From: a virus
Taxonomy: Duplodnaviria > Caudoviricetes
Reading direction: 5' to 3' (one strand)
DNA: 62,583 nt
Virus record (IMG/VR): IMGVR_UViG_3300049015_000009
Coordinates: 1-62,583 of that record
Shown: one piece after another, positions 1-10,334 of the stretch
How the letters are laid out: each line of letters begins with the position of its first letter
How positions within the stretch are numbered: position 1 is the stretch's first letter
Position numbers and translations under genes: made by a program
Notes under the pieces: model-generated
Told to the model about the DNA's origin: nothing
Database searches by the model: none
What the model saw: only the letters and a program-made list of their open reading frames with translations

Positions 1-189
1 GCCGCGGCCGCGAGTTTAGGGTCATGGGCTCAGCCCATGTAAGTACTGATACCGTACCCAGATCACATACTTCCCCAAACCCTTCGGTCTATTTTCCGTA
101 GGATTTTTTCCATAACCCTCTGCCTAATAATTAGGCAACCCTGTTTCCTGTACCATATTCTCCCGATAACCTAATAATCGGAGCTGAAT

Positions 190-939
190 ATGTCGAATAC
201 CCCTGTTGCTACCCAAGCTGCCCCAGTGAACGGTATCTATCCGCTCACCGTTGATCAGTTCCGAATGGCTCTCCCTGACAAGGTGAAGAAGTCTGTGAAC
301 CAGGATCTGATCGACCAGGTCAATGCCACGCTTTCTAACCCGGAGGAGTTTGAGAACTACCGGGACAACCTGATCAGCTACACATCGGTGATGGCTGATG
401 GCCGGTTCAAGCTGCCTGAATACCTGAACGCTGTTCGGTATGTGAGCCACAAGTTGCTTGGTGCCACGAACATCGAGGCATATACCAAGACCTTCCCGGA
501 TAAGTACGCACGGTTCGTGGCTACCGGGGTTGCGGCCAAGGACATTGCTTCCTACTGCACGGCCTACAACAAGTCCAAGCTGGTGAATCTCATCATGGCT
601 CAGACGTTGGTACCCATTCATGTGCTGAACATGGACCTGGTGCAGAAGGCTTTGAATGTTCAGGCTGAGTTGATGGTGTCAGCCCGAAGTGAGAAGGTGA
701 GGGTGGATGCAGCAAACTCCCTGCTGACTCATCTGAAGACCCCTGAAACCAAGAAGATCGAGCTCGACATTGGTATGAAGGAGGACAGCTCCATCAATGC
801 CCTTCGTCAGGCCACCATGGAGCTGGCAGCTGCTCAGCGGTTGGCTATCCAGGCCGGTGCTACGACAGCTCAGCAGGCCGCACATTCCAAGGTCATGGCT
901 GCGGATGTGGTTGACGTGGAAGCCAGGGAAGTCCCATGA
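190..939 (+). CDS. terS: Terminase small subunit (N4 gp69-like)
   Basis: 249 aa, GGAG SD, upstream of terL, resembles N4 gp69 family. Confidence 0.75.
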   Translation: MSNTPVATQAAPVNGIYPLTVDQFRMALPDKVKKSVNQDLIDQVNATLSNPEEFENYRDNLISYTSVMADGRFKLPEYLNAVRYVSHKLLGATNIEAYTKTFPDKYARFVATGVAAKDIASYCTAYNKSKLVNLIMAQTLVPIHVLNMDLVQKALNVQAELMVSARSEKVRVDAANSLLTHLKTPETKKIELDIGMKEDSSINALRQATMELAAAQRLAIQAGATTAQQAAHSKVMAADVVDVEAREVP

Positions 940-1331
940 GAGGAAAGACCCGGTGGTGTGATCGAACCCTTTCTACTGGGCCGTTCTACTGCCTGGTTTT
1001 GAACCAGGGGGACTTCGACAAGGAGCTGAGGCGGATGCGGCGCCCGTTCACCAGCAAGAAGTATGTGAACGAGGGTTGTCGGGCCATGGTTTCCTTCTTC
1101 ACCAGTAAGAAGGACAACCCTTGCTGCATCGTTGGACTGGATACCAGTGGGAATCTCAGCGGGATTGAGATCGCTGCAAGCCTGGTCCACGAGGCGGTAC
1201 ATATTTGGCAGTACCACTGCGAACTGGTTTGCGAGGTGAAACCGGGTGATGAGCAGGAGGCATATGCAATTGAACATATTGCCCGTGGTTTGATGGAATC
1301 CTATCTGCAACAAACCAAGTCAAATATCTGA
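936..1331 (+). CDS. Hypothetical protein with HExxH (HEAVH) motif
   Basis: ATGA overlap with terS; LVHEAVH followed by EQEAY. Confidence 0.7.
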   Translation: MRGKTRWCDRTLSTGPFYCLVLNQGDFDKELRRMRRPFTSKKYVNEGCRAMVSFFTSKKDNPCCIVGLDTSGNLSGIEIAASLVHEAVHIWQYHCELVCEVKPGDEQEAYAIEHIARGLMESYLQQTKSNI

Positions 1332-1369
1332 CAGGTAAACTCCCGGCATATTAAGTCGGGGGTATACCT

Positions 1370-2122
1370 ATGAGTAATGGGGACCAGGTAGATATTCAAT
1401 CGCTGCTCAGTGCAGCAGATGCCAAGCATGGATTTCCTCCTGGCTTGATGGCAGCGGTCCTTCAGCAGGAGGTGGGTAATCGCCCTGAGTTCCTCACTGA
1501 CCCGACGAAATATCACTACGAGAAGGGTGCTGATGGGAAGCGGATCGCCGGGCACACCGGCAAGGCTTCCTCTGCGTTCGGCCCCTTCGGCATCCTGGAG
1601 GACTCCACTGCCAAGGATCCTGGCTTCGGGGTTGCACCACTGAAGAGCAAGGACCTGAGTGAGCAGGTGCGCTTCGCTGCTGAGTACCTGGCAGCTCGAG
1701 CCAAGGCAGGTGGCAGTCTGGAGGCTGGGCTTGCTGGCTACGGTGAGGGGGACAAGTACTCCAAGCAGGTGCTGGGTCGCCTGGGTAAGGGAGGTGGTGG
1801 TCCACGCTTCGCTGCGACTCCTGCGGCTGCGCCTACGGAGGTCGCTGCTCGCCAAGAAGCAGTGAGCACGCCCGTTGATGTTGTTGTCGACGCAGCGCCT
1901 GGGTTCGTTCGAACCCCTGGGGGTGGGGGTGCATCTGGCCCCAATCCTTGGACTTCTTTTCTGGCTTCGCTACCGCAAGAGCGGGCTAAACCAGTCCAAG
2001 CAACCGACCTGAACTACGGGGGCTTGCCCCGCATGGCGCCGGCGCAGCTGGGTCCTCCGATGGTGGTCCCTGGCAAGTCCCACATCGCTGCCTTCAAGGG
2101 TTGGAAGGCGAAGCTCGCATGA
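1370..2122 (+). CDS. Lysozyme-fold/lytic transglycosylase-like protein with low-complexity tail
   Basis: AAVLQQE (putative catalytic Glu), SSAFGPFGI, LAGYGEG match SLT-like motifs. Confidence 0.65.
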   Translation: MSNGDQVDIQSLLSAADAKHGFPPGLMAAVLQQEVGNRPEFLTDPTKYHYEKGADGKRIAGHTGKASSAFGPFGILEDSTAKDPGFGVAPLKSKDLSEQVRFAAEYLAARAKAGGSLEAGLAGYGEGDKYSKQVLGRLGKGGGGPRFAATPAAAPTEVAARQEAVSTPVDVVVDAAPGFVRTPGGGGASGPNPWTSFLASLPQERAKPVQATDLNYGGLPRMAPAQLGPPMVVPGKSHIAAFKGWKAKLA

Positions 2123-3744
2123 GTGCTCGCGATGCGGTTGCCGAGGCCCTGGCTCCCTGGAAAGTTGAGGACTACCTCAATGCCACGGACTACGCAGACA
2201 ACCCTGACTACGTTCCCAGCCCTTTTGCGCTGGAGTTCGTGACCTTCATCAAGCTGGTGAACGGTGAGCAGGGTGAGGAGAACAAGACCCCACTCGTCCA
2301 CTACCGGATGCTGGACACGATCACCCTGGGCGGCACCAAGGTGATCAACCTGTGCCATCGAGGGATCGCCAAAACAACCCTGATGGGTGAGTACCTGTTC
2401 CTGTACCTGGCCACCTACGGTGACTTGCCTGGCTTCGGGAAGGTGGACCTGGCGCTGTATGTCTCGGACTCGATCGAGAACGGTGTCAAGAACATGCGGA
2501 AGAACCTGGAGTTCCGTTGGGAGAACTCCGACTTCCTGAGGAAGTATGTGCCGGAGGTCCACTTCACGGACATCCGCTGGGAGTTCAAGAACGCGGACGG
2601 CAAGGTCTTCATCGTCAAGGGCTACGGCGCCAAGACGGGTGTTCGTGGTGCCAAGGAAATGGGCAAGCGGCCTCAGATCGCTGTGCTCGATGACTTGATC
2701 TCGGACGAGGACGCACGATCGGCAACAGTGATCGCTGCGGTGGAGGACACGGTCTACAAGGCGGTGAACTACGCCCTGCATCCGAAGAAGAACATGATCA
2801 TCTGGAGCGGGACCCCCTTCAACTCGAAGGACCCGCTCTACAAGGCTGTCGAGTCCGGTGCCTGGGCAGTCAACGTGTTCCCGGTGTGTGAGCAGTTCCC
2901 GTGCTCGGCCGAAGAGTTCAGGGGCTCATGGCCTGATCGCTTCACCTATGAGTACGTCAAGGCGCAGTACGACACGGCGGTAAAGCTCGGGAAGATCGAG
3001 ACCTTCAACCAGGAGCTGATGCTCCGAATCATGTCGGATGAGGACCGTCTGGTTCAGGACGGTGACATCGGTTGGTACAAGATCGATGCGGTCTTGCGGA
3101 ACAGGGGCCGCTTCAACTTCTACATCACAACCGACTGGGCAGTGAGCGAGAAGCAGAAGTCGGACTACACCTTCATCAGTGTCTGGGCCTACAACAACGT
3201 GGGCGATTGGTTGTGGGTTGATGGCATCTGCAAGCGACAGCTCATGAACAAGAGCGTTGATGACCTGTTCCGCCTGGCCCAGCAGTACCGGCCCCAACAA
3301 GTGGGTGTGGAAATCACTGGCCAGCAGAAAGGGTTCATCAGCTGGATCCAGGATCAGATGCTCGAGCGGAACATCTACTTCACGCTGGCCAAGGAACGAG
3401 ACAGCAATGAGGTGGGTCTGAGGCCGAATACCAACAAGATGGTCCGCTTTAACGGGGTGGTTCCACTGTTCAAGGCTCGCAAGATCTTCTTCCCCATCGA
3501 GCGCAAGACCGAAGCCCCGATGGTGGAGATGATCGGTGAACTGCAACTGGCTGCGGTGAGTGGGTTCAAGAGCAAGCATGACGACGGCATCGATACGGTT
3601 TCTCAACTGGCTTCATTACAGCCGTGGAAACCAAGTGAAGAAGCTCCAATGGTGGAGTCGACGTCCGAATCAACTGGCGGTGGCATGTGGGATTTGGGAA
3701 TCCAAGAGTCCCCTTGTGATCGCATGGCTTCCTACATCGTCTAA
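2119..3744 (+). CDS. terL: Terminase large subunit (N4 gp68-like)
   Basis: CHRGIAKTT Walker A variant, VLDD Walker B, TTDWA and HDDGID nuclease motifs; ATG at 2119 overlaps upstream stop. Confidence 0.95.
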   Translation: MSARDAVAEALAPWKVEDYLNATDYADNPDYVPSPFALEFVTFIKLVNGEQGEENKTPLVHYRMLDTITLGGTKVINLCHRGIAKTTLMGEYLFLYLATYGDLPGFGKVDLALYVSDSIENGVKNMRKNLEFRWENSDFLRKYVPEVHFTDIRWEFKNADGKVFIVKGYGAKTGVRGAKEMGKRPQIAVLDDLISDEDARSATVIAAVEDTVYKAVNYALHPKKNMIIWSGTPFNSKDPLYKAVESGAWAVNVFPVCEQFPCSAEEFRGSWPDRFTYEYVKAQYDTAVKLGKIETFNQELMLRIMSDEDRLVQDGDIGWYKIDAVLRNRGRFNFYITTDWAVSEKQKSDYTFISVWAYNNVGDWLWVDGICKRQLMNKSVDDLFRLAQQYRPQQVGVEITGQQKGFISWIQDQMLERNIYFTLAKERDSNEVGLRPNTNKMVRFNGVVPLFKARKIFFPIERKTEAPMVEMIGELQLAAVSGFKSKHDDGIDTVSQLASLQPWKPSEEAPMVESTSESTGGGMWDLGIQESPCDRMASYIV

Positions 3745-3757
3745 ACAAGGAACAACT

Positions 3758-4504
3758 ATGAAACTTCAAGAGATTTTTGACCAGCTCTCCAATGGAGAGT
3801 TCCCACAGTTGAGCATTGGTGGTCAGCCTGCTGGCGTGATTAATGAGAACAATTACGCGAGGGTGCTCGGACATGTGAACCTGGCCCTGACTGCGCTCTA
3901 TACGCGATTCACGCTCAAGGAAGGGGAGCTAACCCTTCAGCTGCAGCCCGGTAAGACGAAGTACGAGCTGCACAGCTCATTCGCGGTGAACGTTCGACGC
4001 TCTCAAGAGGCAGTCAGGTACATCATCGATACGGCAGATGACCCGTTTGTCGACGACATCATCAAGGTTGAGCGGGTGCTCACGGACGGTGGTGTCGAAC
4101 TGGCCTTGAATGACGAGAAGAACAAGTATTCGGTCACTACCCCGAGTGCCCTGGTGCTGAAGGTTCCGGCCGTGATGGTCAGTGAGATCGAGGAACCCCC
4201 TGAGGATCTGATGACAGACACCCTCAAAGTGGTCTACCGAGCCAATCACCCGAAGCTGGTGATGGGCGTGGGCTACTTTGATCCTGCTCGGGTCGATGTT
4301 CAGCTGCCTGACACCCATCTGGAGCCCCTGCTTTACTACGTGGCAAGCCGGGTGAACAACCCTGTGGGCATGACCAACGAATTTCACGCTGGAAATAGCT
4401 ATTTCGCCAAGTACGAGGCTGCTTGTCAGGCCCTGGAAGGGAAGGGGATTCAGGTAGATCAGGGTAGTGGGAACACCCGAGCTACTCGAAATGGGTGGGT
4501 ATAA
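3758..4504 (+). CDS. Virion structural/adaptor protein (N4 gp67-like)
   Basis: AAGGA SD before ATG 3758; follows terL; C-terminal RNGWV like gp67 homologs. Confidence 0.75.
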   Translation: MKLQEIFDQLSNGEFPQLSIGGQPAGVINENNYARVLGHVNLALTALYTRFTLKEGELTLQLQPGKTKYELHSSFAVNVRRSQEAVRYIIDTADDPFVDDIIKVERVLTDGGVELALNDEKNKYSVTTPSALVLKVPAVMVSEIEEPPEDLMTDTLKVVYRANHPKLVMGVGYFDPARVDVQLPDTHLEPLLYYVASRVNNPVGMTNEFHAGNSYFAKYEAACQALEGKGIQVDQGSGNTRATRNGWV

Positions 4505-4519
4505 CCCCACCACAAAGAG

Positions 4520-4545
4520 AAAAGGCCCCAATCGGGGCCTTTTTT
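4520..4545. terminator. Bidirectional intrinsic terminator
   Basis: AAAAGGCCCC-AATC-GGGGCCTTTTTT between convergent genes. Confidence 0.85.
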
Positions 4546-4966
4546 ACGTCCCAGATGAGCCGAAACCCCCGGAACCACGCCCCGTGGCATCGAGATCGTC
4601 GACTTGAACCAATTTCACGTCCGTAGCGACTGGAACAAGCAGGAATTGAAGCAGTCGATCGCCCTTTTTCCAGGAATAGACCAAGCCATTCTTGGTTTTC
4701 AGGGCTGCTTTCCACTCCCCACGGTAATCAGAGTCGATAACACCTACCGTGTTGTTGAGTTCCAGGCCGAATTTGGCTCCTACGCTGGAGCGTGGCACCA
4801 GCAGAGCGACATAACCGGGAGGTACTGCCGCTGCAAAACCCAACCCAACCATTTTGCTGATACTCGCAGTCATATTGTCCTCCGGCATATAGATGTCGAA
4901 GGCTCCAGCCTGGTCGGAACCCTTTGTTGGCATAATGAAACCAGAATGCAGGGGTTTGATATTCAT
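4544..4966 (-). CDS. dut: Trimeric dUTPase
   Basis: AGAFDI, PRSS, GVIDSDYRGE, RLLQ, RGSGGFGSSG motifs. Confidence 0.95.
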   Translation of the reverse strand: MNIKPLHSGFIMPTKGSDQAGAFDIYMPEDNMTASISKMVGLGFAAAVPPGYVALLVPRSSVGAKFGLELNNTVGVIDSDYRGEWKAALKTKNGLVYSWKKGDRLLQFLLVPVATDVKLVQVDDLDATGRGSGGFGSSGT

Positions 4967-5023
4967 TTATTCATCCTTCTGTTGAGTTACTAAGGTTGCA
5001 GCTTCCAGAATGGTGGGCCACAT

Positions 5024-7222
5024 ATGAGCGAACAAAATACGACTGCAGTTGTAGAGGTCAAGCCCCTTACTGACTGGGCCAATCCTCCCAGTATCTTGCA
5101 GTTGAAGCAGGATTTGCAGCAAGCAAAGCCTGTCCATGATACCCAGCGCACCAAGGTTAAGGGGTATCTGGATAACCTGAACATCACAGGGTCGGCAAAG
5201 ATTGAAACCCCTGAGGGGAGTTCAAAAGTCCAACCCAAATTGATTCGAAAGCAGGCTGAGTGGCGTTATGCAGCGCTCAGCGAACCGTTCCTCAGCACGG
5301 CTGACCTGTTCCGAGCCAAGCCCAAGACCTGGGAAGACCGGAAGGCTGCACAGCAGAACCAGCTGCTGCTGAACCACCAGTTCAACACTGCGATCGACAA
5401 GGTTTCTTTCATCGATGAGTACGTCCGTACTGCCGTCGATGAGGGCACTGTCATCGTGAGGGTGGGCTGGGAATACAAGGATGAGAAGTACGAGGCAGAG
5501 GAGGGTGTCTTTGAGTTCCATCTGAACCCTGAGTTCGCTCCGCTGCACGAAGAGCTGGCCCAGATGAAGGAAAAGTCCCCGAGCCAGTACATGACTGATG
5601 TGCCTCAGGAGCTCAAGGACGCCCATGACGTCTCCGTTGAGAACGGTGCTCCTTATGAGCCGGTGAAGGTCGGAACCAAGAAGGTCACCAAGACACGGGT
5701 GCTCAAAAATCAGCCGACGGCCGAGATCTGCGACATCAACAACGTGGTTTTCGACCCGACTTGCGGTGGCAACGTCGAGAAGGCCAGGTTCGCTGTTGAA
5801 AGCGAGGAGTACTCACTGGCAGAGCTCGAGGAGGACGGCCGGTACAAGAACCTGGCTCAGATCAACATCGACGGTGAATCTGTCCTGGCTCAGCCTGACC
5901 ATGCACCTGCCGGTGATCAGGGCAATTTCAGGTTTTCCGACAAGCCACGCAAGCGTTTCGTCGTCAACACCTACTGGGGTCTCTGGGATATCGCTGGCGA
6001 CGGGGTCCTGGTGTCGATCGTTGCTGCCTGGGTTGGGGACCTGTGCATTCGCATGGAGATGAACCCCTTCCCAGACAAAGCCCATCCCTACGTGGTCGAG
6101 CAGTACCTGCCTGTACGCAAAGCGATCTACGGCGAACCTGACGGTGCGCTCCTGGTCGAGAACCAGAAGATCGTTGGTGCTGTCACCCGAGGAATGATCG
6201 ACATCATGGCCAAGTCTGCCAACGGGCAGACTGGTATGAGCAAGAACATGCTCGATGCGACGAACCGCCGCAAATTCGATAAGGGTCAGGACTACGAGTT
6301 CAACCCCAATGTGGACCCCAGGGTGGGTATCCACATGCACACCTACCCGGAGATCCCGCAATCAGCCCAGTACATGCTGAACTTGCAGAACTTCGAGGCT
6401 GAGTCGATGACCGGTGTGAAGTCCTTCAGTCAGGGTGTCTCTGGGGCCTCCCTGGGTGATGTTGCAGCTGCGGTTCGTGGTGCTCTGGATGCTGCTTCCA
6501 AGCGTGAGCTGGGCATCCTGCGTCGCCTGAGCAACGGCATCGTGAAGGTGGGTCGTAAGTTCACGGCCATGAATGCTGAGTTCCTCTCCGAGGAAGAAGT
6601 GGTTCGCCTCACCAACGAGGAGTTCGTCACCGTGCGCCGTGACGACCTGGCCGGCAAGTACGACCTTGAGCTGTCGATCTCCACGGCCGAGGAAGACAAC
6701 AACAAGGCTGAGCAACTGGCTTTCCTGCTGCAAACCACCGGCAACAACATGGACCCGGATATGCGCAACATGATCCTTTCGGATATTGCGCGTCTACGCA
6801 AGATGCCGGATATGGCCAAGAAGATTGAGGAATATCAACCGCAACCGGATCCGATGATGCAGGAGAAGATGAAACTCGAAATCGAGCTCCTCCGTGCGCA
6901 AATCAACAAGGAAAACGCACTGGCTGCCCAAGCTGGCTCAACTGCTCAGTTGAATGTCGCGAAGGTTGATACTGAGGGTGCAAAGGCTGCGAACCTCTCT
7001 TCGGATACTGACCAGAAGAATCTGGACTTCGTTGAGCAGGAGTCCGGTGTCAAACAAGAGCGTGCCAAGGAACTCCACGGTGCGCAATCTGAAGCTCAGG
7101 GCCGACTCAAACTGCTTGAGCGCAGTATTGACGTCGAAGAGAATGAAAAGGACCGTCGAGTTGATCTCTTGAAAGAATATGTGCGGGCCAAGGCAAAAGA
7201 ATCCAAACAGAAGGCTGCATAG
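5024..7222 (+). CDS. Portal protein (N4 gp59-like)
   Basis: 732 aa; LTDWANPP, PKLIRKQAEWRY characteristic of N4-like portals. Confidence 0.92.
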   Translation: MSEQNTTAVVEVKPLTDWANPPSILQLKQDLQQAKPVHDTQRTKVKGYLDNLNITGSAKIETPEGSSKVQPKLIRKQAEWRYAALSEPFLSTADLFRAKPKTWEDRKAAQQNQLLLNHQFNTAIDKVSFIDEYVRTAVDEGTVIVRVGWEYKDEKYEAEEGVFEFHLNPEFAPLHEELAQMKEKSPSQYMTDVPQELKDAHDVSVENGAPYEPVKVGTKKVTKTRVLKNQPTAEICDINNVVFDPTCGGNVEKARFAVESEEYSLAELEEDGRYKNLAQINIDGESVLAQPDHAPAGDQGNFRFSDKPRKRFVVNTYWGLWDIAGDGVLVSIVAAWVGDLCIRMEMNPFPDKAHPYVVEQYLPVRKAIYGEPDGALLVENQKIVGAVTRGMIDIMAKSANGQTGMSKNMLDATNRRKFDKGQDYEFNPNVDPRVGIHMHTYPEIPQSAQYMLNLQNFEAESMTGVKSFSQGVSGASLGDVAAAVRGALDAASKRELGILRRLSNGIVKVGRKFTAMNAEFLSEEEVVRLTNEEFVTVRRDDLAGKYDLELSISTAEEDNNKAEQLAFLLQTTGNNMDPDMRNMILSDIARLRKMPDMAKKIEEYQPQPDPMMQEKMKLEIELLRAQINKENALAAQAGSTAQLNVAKVDTEGAKAANLSSDTDQKNLDFVEQESGVKQERAKELHGAQSEAQGRLKLLERSIDVEENEKDRRVDLLKEYVRAKAKESKQKAA

Positions 7223-7294
7223 TTTGTTGTATATTCCGGGCCGTGGGTAATATCCCCGGCCCGAATACTAATTAACTCGGAGTGAATATCAACA

Positions 7295-7639
7295 ATGAGT
7301 AACGACACAGTCCAGGCCATCGAACAAAACATTCGTGACGCCAAAGAGATCATTGAACTCAATAAGGCGCTCGAGCGTCTGAGCCAGAACCCGGATTTCA
7401 AGAAAGTTATCAAGGTGGGCTACTTCGAGAAAGAAGCTATCCGCCTGGTGCATCTGAAGTCCGATCCGAACATGAAGACCGATGAGCGTCAGCAGTCGAT
7501 CCTGGCTTCGATTGATGCGATCGGTGGTTTGTCCGACTACTTCCGAACCGTTGCCTTCAACGCCAGCGTGGCTGCGAAGGCAATCGAGTCTGACGAGGCT
7601 GTCCGTGACGAGATCCTGGCCGAGGAGCTGGCGAAATGA
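7295..7639 (+). CDS. Conserved N4-like hypothetical protein (gp58 position)
   Basis: GGAG SD; between portal and gp57-like gene. Confidence 0.75.
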   Translation: MSNDTVQAIEQNIRDAKEIIELNKALERLSQNPDFKKVIKVGYFEKEAIRLVHLKSDPNMKTDERQQSILASIDAIGGLSDYFRTVAFNASVAAKAIESDEAVRDEILAEELAK

Positions 7640-8826
7640 GTGAGAAGACTGAAGAGCAAGTCGTAGAGCAGCCCAACTATCTGGAGATGTCCGACGAGGA
7701 CATCCTGAAGGCAGGTCCTCCGGTGATTGCACCAGTGGAAGAGGTTGTCGAAACCAAGGCAGAAGAGGCCAAGTCCACTTCCGAAGTGAAGGTGGTTGAG
7801 GAAGTTGTCGAGAAGAAGGTAGACGAGGTCGAAGCGGCCGGCGACAGCAAGGCCGCAAAGACCGAGGAAGTCGAGAAGGTCGAAGAGGTTAAGGAAGCTG
7901 GTGAGAAAACTCCCGCTGACGAGACCACTGAAACCACGGTGGAAACCAAGGAGAGGACGGAGCCCGAAAAGAAGGGTGAAGTTGACTACAAGGCTGAGTA
8001 CGAGCGCCTGACGGCACCGTTCAAAGCCAATGGCAAGGAAGTCAAGGTGGACAGCGTTGACGACGCTATCGCCCTCATGCAAATGGGTGCGAACTACACC
8101 AAGAAGATGTCTGCTCTGAAGCCGAATCTCAAACTACTCAAGACGCTTGAGAACCATGGTCTTCTGAGCGAGGAAAAGATTGGTTTCCTGGTCGATCTGA
8201 GTCGTAAAGACCCAGCAGCGATCACGAAGCTGGTGAAGGACAGTGGCCTTGATCCCATGGATCTCGACACTGGTAAGGCAGATGCGTACAAGCAGAAAAC
8301 TTACGCTGTTGACGACAACGAGATTGAGCTGGATACGGTTCTGGATGAGCTCCAAGGCTCTCCCACGTACACCCGGACTCTCGATGTGGTGAGCAATAAG
8401 TGGGACGCTGCAAGCAAGCAGGTGATTTCAAAGTCGCCTCAACTGTTGAAGGTAATCAATGACCACGTGGCCAGTGGCATTTATGACCTGATCAGCGCTG
8501 AGGTTGAACGCGAGCAAATGCTTGGTCGCTTGTCTGGTTTGTCGAATATCGAGGCTTACCGCAAGGTAGGTGACGCCATCGACGCACGAGGAGGTTTCGC
8601 TCACTTGGTCAAGGCTCCGGCCTCCAAGACGACTGCGAATGCTCCGAAGCCACCCGAGGTGATTGCCGCCAAGCCGAAGGCCGAGGAAGACGACAAACTC
8701 AACGAAAAAAGGCGAGCTGCAAGCTCCACCAAACCGGCTGCTCAAGTCGCACCCCCAGTGAACTACAACCCACTGCTGATGTCCGATGAAGAGTTTGCCA
8801 AGTTGCCCGCACCGAAGACTCGGTGA
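7636..8826 (+). CDS. N4 gp57-like protein (acidic, probable scaffold)
   Basis: Acidic low-complexity N-terminus; PFKANGK, MQMGANYTKKM; directly before MCP. Confidence 0.8.
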   Translation: MSEKTEEQVVEQPNYLEMSDEDILKAGPPVIAPVEEVVETKAEEAKSTSEVKVVEEVVEKKVDEVEAAGDSKAAKTEEVEKVEEVKEAGEKTPADETTETTVETKERTEPEKKGEVDYKAEYERLTAPFKANGKEVKVDSVDDAIALMQMGANYTKKMSALKPNLKLLKTLENHGLLSEEKIGFLVDLSRKDPAAITKLVKDSGLDPMDLDTGKADAYKQKTYAVDDNEIELDTVLDELQGSPTYTRTLDVVSNKWDAASKQVISKSPQLLKVINDHVASGIYDLISAEVEREQMLGRLSGLSNIEAYRKVGDAIDARGGFAHLVKAPASKTTANAPKPPEVIAAKPKAEEDDKLNEKRRAASSTKPAAQVAPPVNYNPLLMSDEEFAKLPAPKTR

Positions 8827-8849
8827 ACCCCATTTAGGAGGAATCAAAC

Positions 8850-10259
8850 ATGACTCGTCAATTCAATGCTCCCCCGACCACGCCTTCGGACGTCGGCCCC
8901 CAACTCGTCAATGAGTACTACCAAAAGAAGGCTCTCATCGAGCTGGTCAAGGAGACCTACTTCGGTGCTCTGGCCGACGTGACCTCGATGCCCAAGAACA
9001 TGGGCAAGAAGATCAAGCGTTACCTGTACCTGCCCCTGCTGGATGACGCCAACCTGAACGATCAGGGCATCGATGCTGCTGGCGCCACGATCGTGTCGAC
9101 TGGCTACACGGTGACGTATCCGGCCCTGGTGCTGGCTGTTGCCAATGCCTCGAAGGCCGCTGCTGTGACGGCGATTCAGGACAACAACTCCGGTCTCACC
9201 GCTGTTGCTGGTGCTGACGGTTCTGCTGGCGGTGCTCTGGCCACGCTGACGCTGAGTGGCCTGCAAGCCAACTACGTCAACGCCACCAAGAAGAACGCTG
9301 TCGAAGCGTTCAACCTGGGTGTGGTCTCGAAGCAGAACTCGGGCAACCTCTACGGCAGCTCGAAGGACATCGGTTCCATCAGCGGCAAGATGCCTGCGCT
9401 GGGTGAGAACGGTGGTCGCGTCAACCGTGTTGGCTTCAAGCGCAAGGAACTCGAAGGCACCTTCGAGAACTTCGGCTTCTTCGACGAGTACACCCAGGAA
9501 TCGGTGGACTTCGACTCGGACGCTGGCCTGATGGAGCACATCAACCGCGAGATGCTTCGTGGTGCCAATGAGATGACCGAAGACGCGCTGCAGATCGACC
9601 TGCTGACGTCCGCTGGCCTGATCAAGTACGCCGGCAATGCCACGTCGAACGTCACCGTTGGTGAAGACGACCTGGTCAGCTACGGTGACCTGATGCGCCT
9701 GGGCATCGACCTGGACAACAACCGCACTCCGAAGCGCACCACGGTGATCACGGGCACCCGCCTGGTGGACACCAAGACGCTGCCGGCTTGCCGTGTGATG
9801 TATATCGGCTCCGAGTTGATCCCCACCATCAAGGCGATGAAGGATCTACACAACGAGCCGGCGTTCATCCCTGTGGAGAAGTACTCCGCTGGCGGTACGG
9901 TCCTCACCGGTGAGATCGGCTCGGTGGATGCCTTCCGCCTGGTGGTTGTGCCGGAGATGATGAAGTGGTCCGGCGCTGGTGCTGATGCTTCGGCCTCGAG
10001 CAACAGCTACGAAACCAACGGTCGCTTCGACGTGTTCCCGATGCTGGTGGTCGGTGACGAGAGCTTCACCACGATCGGTTTCCAGACCGATGGCAAGACG
10101 GTGAAGTTCAAGATCATGCACAAGGCGCCGGGTGAGGCCACTGCTGATCGCAACGACCCCTACGGCAAGACTGGCTTCATGTCGATCCAGTGGTACTACG
10201 GCTTCATGGCCCTGCGTCCTGAGCGCATCGCCCTCCTGAAGACGGTCGCTCGCCTGTAA
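8850..10259 (+). CDS. Major capsid protein (N4 gp56-like) with ~80-aa insertion
   Basis: AGGAGG SD; [42 protein letters not shown]. Confidence 0.95.
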   Translation: MTRQFNAPPTTPSDVGPQLVNEYYQKKALIELVKETYFGALADVTSMPKNMGKKIKRYLYLPLLDDANLNDQGIDAAGATIVSTGYTVTYPALVLAVANASKAAAVTAIQDNNSGLTAVAGADGSAGGALATLTLSGLQANYVNATKKNAVEAFNLGVVSKQNSGNLYGSSKDIGSISGKMPALGENGGRVNRVGFKRKELEGTFENFGFFDEYTQESVDFDSDAGLMEHINREMLRGANEMTEDALQIDLLTSAGLIKYAGNATSNVTVGEDDLVSYGDLMRLGIDLDNNRTPKRTTVITGTRLVDTKTLPACRVMYIGSELIPTIKAMKDLHNEPAFIPVEKYSAGGTVLTGEIGSVDAFRLVVVPEMMKWSGAGADASASSNSYETNGRFDVFPMLVVGDESFTTIGFQTDGKTVKFKIMHKAPGEATADRNDPYGKTGFMSIQWYYGFMALRPERIALLKTVARL

Positions 10260-10270
10260 TCAGGTTGGTT

Positions 10271-10298
10271 TGGGGGGAGCAACACGCTCCCCCCATTT
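10271..10298 (+). terminator. Hairpin/terminator after MCP
   Basis: TGGGGGGAGC-AACAC-GCTCCCCCCA-TTT. Confidence 0.65.
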
Positions 10299-10334
10299 GA
10301 CATAACACCCCAAGCCAGAACAAGGAAGACACAC

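Noticed and set aside
23-39. Palindrome CATGGGC-TCA-GCCCATG near the left edge
   Set aside because: Single copy with a non-GNA loop; cannot be assigned as promoter, operator or terminus.
339-2560. CCGGAGG occurrences inside terS (~340) and terL (~2551)
   Set aside because: No extended stems, so not counted among the hairpins.
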